IMG/VR virus record: IMGVR_UViG_3300048927_000531
Reading direction: 5' to 3' (one strand)
DNA length: 20,000 nt
DNA from: an uncultured virus (IMG/VR IMGVR_UViG_3300048927_000531)
Taxonomy: Duplodnaviria; Heunggongvirae; Uroviricota; Caudoviricetes
The translations under genes and the position numbers were made by a program. The notes under the pieces are model-generated. The model was not told the origin of the DNA, ran no database searches, and saw nothing but the letters and a program-made list of their open reading frames with translations. Within the stretch, counting starts at the first letter, position 1; the number at the start of each line of letters is the position of its first letter. Shown here piece by piece: positions 15,808 through 20,000 of this stretch.

Positions 15808-17097
15808 CTAGACCTCTGTCAAATGGTCTTCAATCACTCTGTGTGCCATGCCCCCCAAGGACATCAGGCTTTGAAAACCGGGGCCAATAGTGCTGGCGAG
15901 CATTGGAGCGTAGAGAGGCGGCAGATCCCAGGAGGGGCCGGCCAACATAAGGCTTCCAAGCATTCCTGAGCGCAACGCCTCCTTCAACTCTCTCTTGTTT
16001 GAGCCCAGAACCGATTCGTGCTCTATAAGCTCGAGCCACCAAGCATCTTGGAAGCCTATAGCATCAAAGACAACTTGAGCTGGAACATTCAACGGCGGCC
16101 CATCCGGCTTCGACACGCTGACTCGATAGCTGCCGTCTTTCTCTCCAAACACCCTCTCTGCGGTGCCGAATTCAAACTTGACTGCAGTAGCCATCGACAC
16201 CTGCTCCATCACTGTGGACCAAACCACACCACGGTTCAGTCGCTCGGCGAAGTCAGACTTTGACTTTTCAGGAAGAGACGCCCAAGCATCTTCGTCATTG
16301 AACAGTCGGTTCTCAAAGACGCTATCGCCTCGCGTGTAGAAGGCAGGCTGACTGGAAATGATCACGATCTCCCTGTCTTTGAAACCATTTCTGACCAGCC
16401 ACCCCAGAATTGCGGCAGCGGTACCGCCTGCACCCAGGATCGCAATCGGCCCCGAGTTCGCCCCCCTTGGACTCGGTCGATCCAATGCCCTCTTAACGGA
16501 AGCCAGGCGGCTCCACATGCTTTCGCCGTCGAATATTCTCGTTGCAGATTGCGGAGCCTGGACTCGATTTGCCGGTCCCGGCCCAGTGACTACGACGCTG
16601 TCGAATACCTCCGGCTCAAGCCTAGGAGCTGACGAGCGCCGGGCACGGACCCTCCAACCTGTCGTTGAGGGACGCAGCCCAACAACCTTCGCATTGACTA
16701 CCCGGGCCCCTGACTCTTCGATTGCCCAACGGATGTACTCCGCGAACATCTTGTGCGACGGCGGCAACCGCCCGCCATCGACCCACTTCACAAAGGCGTT
16801 GTCGGCCCGTGACAACAGGAAGCTGCTCCAAGAGTAGTTCTGGTGTATCGCCGCGCCGATGGTGGGGCGTGCCTTTGGATAGGGATACCCAAGATCGCGC
16901 TCGATCGGTGTACACAGGCGTTGATCTCCATCTGTATACCCACCGCGTCCGGTCCAGCTTGCACCGACGTGGGCTTTCTCAAAGATCGTCACTTCGATCT
17001 TCTGGAATCCCCCCTCAGCGTTCATTACGGCAGCACGAGCAGCTATTGCTGCCGCCTTTGCCCCTCCGCCGACAACGGCAATCCTCTTCGGATTCAA
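15808..17097 (-). CDS. MbtG/IucD/PvdA-family flavin-dependent lysine N6-monooxygenase homologue
   Basis: Probable TTG start at 17097 after GGGAGAAGG. FAD motif IAVVGGGAKAAAIAA, then GASW...GGYTDG..RL.T..ERDLGYPY and YSW..F....F.KWVD.GR.PP.H. NAD(P)H motif ILGAGGTAA and C-terminal GPGF.SL.SLG....RV. All resemble recalled mycobacterial MbtG. Confidence 0.85.
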   Translation of the reverse strand: MNPKRIAVVGGGAKAAAIAARAAVMNAEGGFQKIEVTIFEKAHVGASWTGRGGYTDGDQRLCTPIERDLGYPYPKARPTIGAAIHQNYSWSSFLLSRADNAFVKWVDGGRLPPSHKMFAEYIRWAIEESGARVVNAKVVGLRPSTTGWRVRARRSSAPRLEPEVFDSVVVTGPGPANRVQAPQSATRIFDGESMWSRLASVKRALDRPSPRGANSGPIAILGAGGTAAAILGWLVRNGFKDREIVIISSQPAFYTRGDSVFENRLFNDEDAWASLPEKSKSDFAERLNRGVVWSTVMEQVSMATAVKFEFGTAERVFGEKDGSYRVSVSKPDGPPLNVPAQVVFDAIGFQDAWWLELIEHESVLGSNKRELKEALRSGMLGSLMLAGPSWDLPPLYAPMLASTIGPGFQSLMSLGGMAHRVIEDHLTEV

Positions 17098-17167
17098 GAA
17101 CCTTCTCCCTAATCGATTGATCCGCCCAGGCAAGGGACCTCGAGCAGAGTTGATCTTCCCTGAGCTA

Positions 17168-17398
17168 CTACGAGGTAGCTTTTTTCTCCAAGTCTCGAAT
17201 TCTTTGGAGGGCTTCCTTCTGCTGGGCTGGCGGAAGTCGGGAGACCAACAAGATGATGTCGGCCAAATCCTCTGCTGTCGCATAGAACTTCGCCAAGGGC
17301 ATCCGAAGTGCCTTTGCCAAGTACTCAGCAGTCGCTGGGTCTGGAGCGTGCTGACCGGGCCGCGCGCACACACAAGGGTTGATGACCACCTGCGCCAC
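17168..17398 (-). pseudogene. Truncated/degenerate XRE-family HTH regulator
   Basis: VAQVVIN[PCVCARP]GQHAPD...LAKALRMPLAKFYA..EDLADIIL aligns by eye with the C-terminal two-thirds of the 18590-18916 XRE protein. The first helices are missing and the RYE motif is replaced. Confidence 0.6.
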
Positions 17399-17410
17399 TC
17401 CTGCTATGTA

Positions 17411-17989
17411 CTAGTCAGACACGGAGCAAAGACATACATCGCATCGCCCCGGCTGCGGCACCAGCCTTCCTGAAGAGGCTTTGATATCAATATAAGAGTC
17501 AAATGAAAAAGTTTGCTCAATAGTCAGCTGATGCGCGAATGTTTTTGACATAAGTAGAGATTCGAGCGAATGATCCTTGGGCCTTCGCACGCGATAAATG
17601 AGCATCCAACGACTCATCTTCACCCTCTCCGCGAGAAGCTTCTTCATATCATCCTCGATCAGTTTGGCGTTTGAGTTCCAGTATTTCGCTTCAACGTAAG
17701 CCCACTTCGAACCTCGCGCGCCGTCTTTGAAGGACAAGTCAACCCTCTTTGGATTCCCATTCTTACTAGAGGGGTATTTTCTCTCGAAATCTACGCCACG
17801 CCCTATTCGATAGCCTTTTCCAAGATAGGCCTCAAATATTGCAAGCGTAACTGCAGTTTCTATCGCTCGATATACACCAGAAGACGTTGAGACCTTAGAT
17901 GCCGCCTCAGCAAAGAGATAAGCATATCTAAGATCGAGGTTCCGCAAAGCCCAGGTTGTTAGAGATTCAAAATCAGCCTGCCATCCCAT
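17411..17989 (-). CDS. PD-(D/E)xK nuclease-fold protein
   Basis: E...FERKYP......RVDL........YVEAK......IEDDMKKL. RBS AAGGAG. The gene is AT-rich. Confidence 0.75.
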   Translation of the reverse strand: MGWQADFESLTTWALRNLDLRYAYLFAEAASKVSTSSGVYRAIETAVTLAIFEAYLGKGYRIGRGVDFERKYPSSKNGNPKRVDLSFKDGARGSKWAYVEAKYWNSNAKLIEDDMKKLLAERVKMSRWMLIYRVRRPKDHSLESLLMSKTFAHQLTIEQTFSFDSYIDIKASSGRLVPQPGRCDVCLCSVSD

Positions 17990-18589
17990 ACGTTGCTCCT
18001 TCCATGTCGCAAGCTATAAACGAGCCCATCTCAGTGCTACACATCCAGCTTAGCACCGAAATGTCCGCAACCTTGCCCCCCCCGAGGCAAGAATCTGCGC
18101 CCCCGGATACGACCTTCCCCCTAGCCGTGCGGTGTCCTGATATGAGCATTCTCACCGTCTACCAAAAGTTGTCGAAGTCGACGACTGGTCAATCGCAAGG
18201 GAAGCCGAGCTCAACTAAGCGTTTAGTCATGCCGTTCACACCGCCCTTGCTTCGCCTTCTCCAGTGACGCGTCTGACAAAGCTCAGTCGCCGAATCGTCG
18301 TTGGATATCCTTATGGCAGTCTGGGCCGTGCGCCAACCGCCGACGGCATGGATTGGAAACTATTTTTCAGGGTCACCGAGAGTCGTTCTCGTAGAGCCAT
18401 TTTGGCAGGATATAGAGGAAAAATTCTCACGGGCGCCGAAAGTTGTGAGTGAGATCATCCAACCGGTTGTGTCTCTCTTAGCTTGGCCGGACGTGAGAGC
18501 AATTGCTGAGCTACTGCTCGGACTGTCCTCAGGATGAACATCGCAATTCTTGTTGGGCCTCACCCGCGAGCGGCGGGAACCACCGAGTG

Positions 18590-18916
18590 TCACCGCTTGA
18601 GCTTTTTCAGCAACCAACGCGCCGCATCAGCGCGTTCCTCCGGCGAAAGCTCTTCCAACGCCAAGATGACGTCGGCCGTGTGGTCGTCTCTCGCGACCAA
18701 GTAGGCCATCGGAACCTCCAAGGTATCCGCCAACTTCCCCAGTGCATCCAGATCGATCCCGCTGGTCTCGTTCTCGTAACGGTTGACCCGGCTGCTGGCC
18801 AGCTTCTTATCCAGCCCCATGAGCACCCCCAGCGCGCGCTGGCTCGGAATGGCACGGAGCTCTCTGGCCTGCTTCAGGCGGGCGGCAAATAGGGAACGCG
18901 GGGAAGCCTTGGGCAC
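18590..18916 (-). CDS. XRE-family HTH transcriptional regulator
   Basis: RLKQARELRAIPSQRALG...SSRVNRYE.......LGKLADTLEVPMAYL. It is divergent from the exported-protein genes. Confidence 0.9.
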   Translation of the reverse strand: MPKASPRSLFAARLKQARELRAIPSQRALGVLMGLDKKLASSRVNRYENETSGIDLDALGKLADTLEVPMAYLVARDDHTADVILALEELSPEERADAARWLLKKLKR

Positions 18917-19022
18917 GTGAACAGATATTGAAAACTTGGGAAGACAGCATGACTTGGTCCCTCAATGCATGGCAGACTCTTCATGAAATGTAGCACTCTC
19001 CCGACCAACCACAGGGGTTTTC

Positions 19023-19799
19023 ATGAAGAAGATCGAGACAAGGATGGCCGCCGGCCTGGCTGCCGCGCTGCTCCTGACCGCCTATTCCGTAGGAGCCCAG
19101 AGCCACCCCGAGCAAGAGGAAGCGCCAAATCGCCCCGGTTTCTTCAGGCAGCTGGGCACCAGCCTGAAAAATGCCGGCGGGCAGATGGTTGGGGTCAAGC
19201 CGGCTCAGGGCGGTGCGAAGGCGGCCGCCGGCGCTGGGGCGATCTACGCCCCGGTCAGCGGAGGCGGGAAGCTGCCCGGATTGTTCAAAGGTGACAATCA
19301 TCAGTTGGCCCAGCAGGGCAAGCTTGACTGGCCCCGGGTGGCACTGACCTACACCGAGTGGGGCGCGTCCCTGCTCTGCTGGACCGTCGAGGCTCGAATC
19401 TGGACCGGTCCTGCGTCATCCACCACGGAGACGTTCCGGACCTGCGCCAATGCCGCCGTGACCGAGACCGACGATCTGGGCGACACCGCCGAGTTGAACA
19501 CCTCTGCACTGTGGAAGGGGCGGGACACCCTCACTGGGGTCCGCGTGCCTTCCGGGAAACCCAATACGGGGGCCAGCCGCTCCACGGGCCCCAACCCGCC
19601 TGCCCAGCCCTTTGTCGTCAACGTGTCCCGCCCTGGCGTCTCCGATCGCGCCGTTGATGTGGCACTTCGGGTGGCGTGGGTCAGTGGCTTCATCCAGACC
19701 TCAGATCTCCACCCGGGGCCGTCCGGAATCCTCACCCCCTTCAAGGATTCCCGGATGTGGATCGCCGGGTTTAACGCCGGTGGCAACCGCGACCGCTGA
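19023..19799 (+). CDS. Exported hypothetical protein
   Basis: Sec signal peptide MKKIETRMAAGLAAALLLTAYSVGA-Q and GC3-rich codon usage. Confidence 0.8.
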   Translation: MKKIETRMAAGLAAALLLTAYSVGAQSHPEQEEAPNRPGFFRQLGTSLKNAGGQMVGVKPAQGGAKAAAGAGAIYAPVSGGGKLPGLFKGDNHQLAQQGKLDWPRVALTYTEWGASLLCWTVEARIWTGPASSTTETFRTCANAAVTETDDLGDTAELNTSALWKGRDTLTGVRVPSGKPNTGASRSTGPNPPAQPFVVNVSRPGVSDRAVDVALRVAWVSGFIQTSDLHPGPSGILTPFKDSRMWIAGFNAGGNRDR

Positions 19800-19839
19800 G
19801 GCACCCCGGGCCTTGCGCCCTCACCAATAGGGAAACGAC

Positions 19840-20000
19840 ATGAAAGCATGGATCCTTGCCGCCGCTGCGGCACTCTGCCTCACCGCCTGCAGCAGCAAAC
19901 CGTCCGAAGAGCAGGCCAAGCAGGCCTTGGCCGACTTGATGGCCCAGAGCGCCTCGGCACCCGTCGTCACGATCGATGGGTTCACCCTGACCGGGTGCAT
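19840..20000 (+). CDS. Lipoprotein, partial (runs off the right edge)
   Basis: Manual translation: MKAWILAAAAALCLTA-CSSKPSEEQAKQALADLM..., with lipobox LTAC. Confidence 0.8.
   Translation, partial: MKAWILAAAAALCLTACSSKPSEEQAKQALADLMAQSASAPVVTIDGFTLTGC

Noticed and set aside
15808..17097. Siderophore biosynthetic cluster
   Set aside because: No synthetase, acyltransferase or transport genes are present in the window.
17098..17373. N-terminal extension of the 521-aa ORF
   Set aside because: It overlaps the XRE remnant in another frame. Family similarity begins at the FAD motif, and there is an RBS before TTG 17097.
12661..17989. Calling the helicase region Gabija
   Set aside because: There is no OLD-family ATPase/TOPRIM GajA gene, and the nuclease is not adjacent to the helicase.
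1..20000. CRISPR array, tRNA, rRNA, reverse transcriptase/retron
   Set aside because: No regularly spaced repeats, RNA-gene signatures or RT motifs were seen by eye.

Overview
This window looks like an accessory or defence island. A Xanthomonadaceae (Stenotrophomonas/Xanthomonas-like) host is inferred from the protein families, not shown. The left part (424-5596) is a complete CapW-regulated type III CBASS: divergent capW, then cdnC, cap7 (HORMA), cap6 (TRIP13), an effector and cap18. The effector has the Cap17-type SLOG (TPALS) N-terminus but a TIR/nucleoside-deoxyribosyltransferase-like C-terminus in place of the Cap17 PNP domain. The middle holds an LprI-like lipoprotein, a stand-alone H-NS DNA-binding-domain protein and a hairpin-rich non-coding segment with a 13-8-13 inverted repeat. 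These are followed by a tyrosine recombinase, a MerR/Xis-like HTH, and an HNH + HEPN-like gene pair behind a structured leader. The right part is a minus-strand run: PD-(D/E)xK nuclease, degenerate XRE, orphan MbtG-like lysine N6-hydroxylase, RHH protein with a histone-like tail, UvrD-family helicase, ankyrin protein and small Zn-ribbon protein. Beyond about 18.56 kb the sequence becomes GC-rich and encodes an XRE regulator and exported proteins. All family calls come from motif recognition by eye; no database searches were run.
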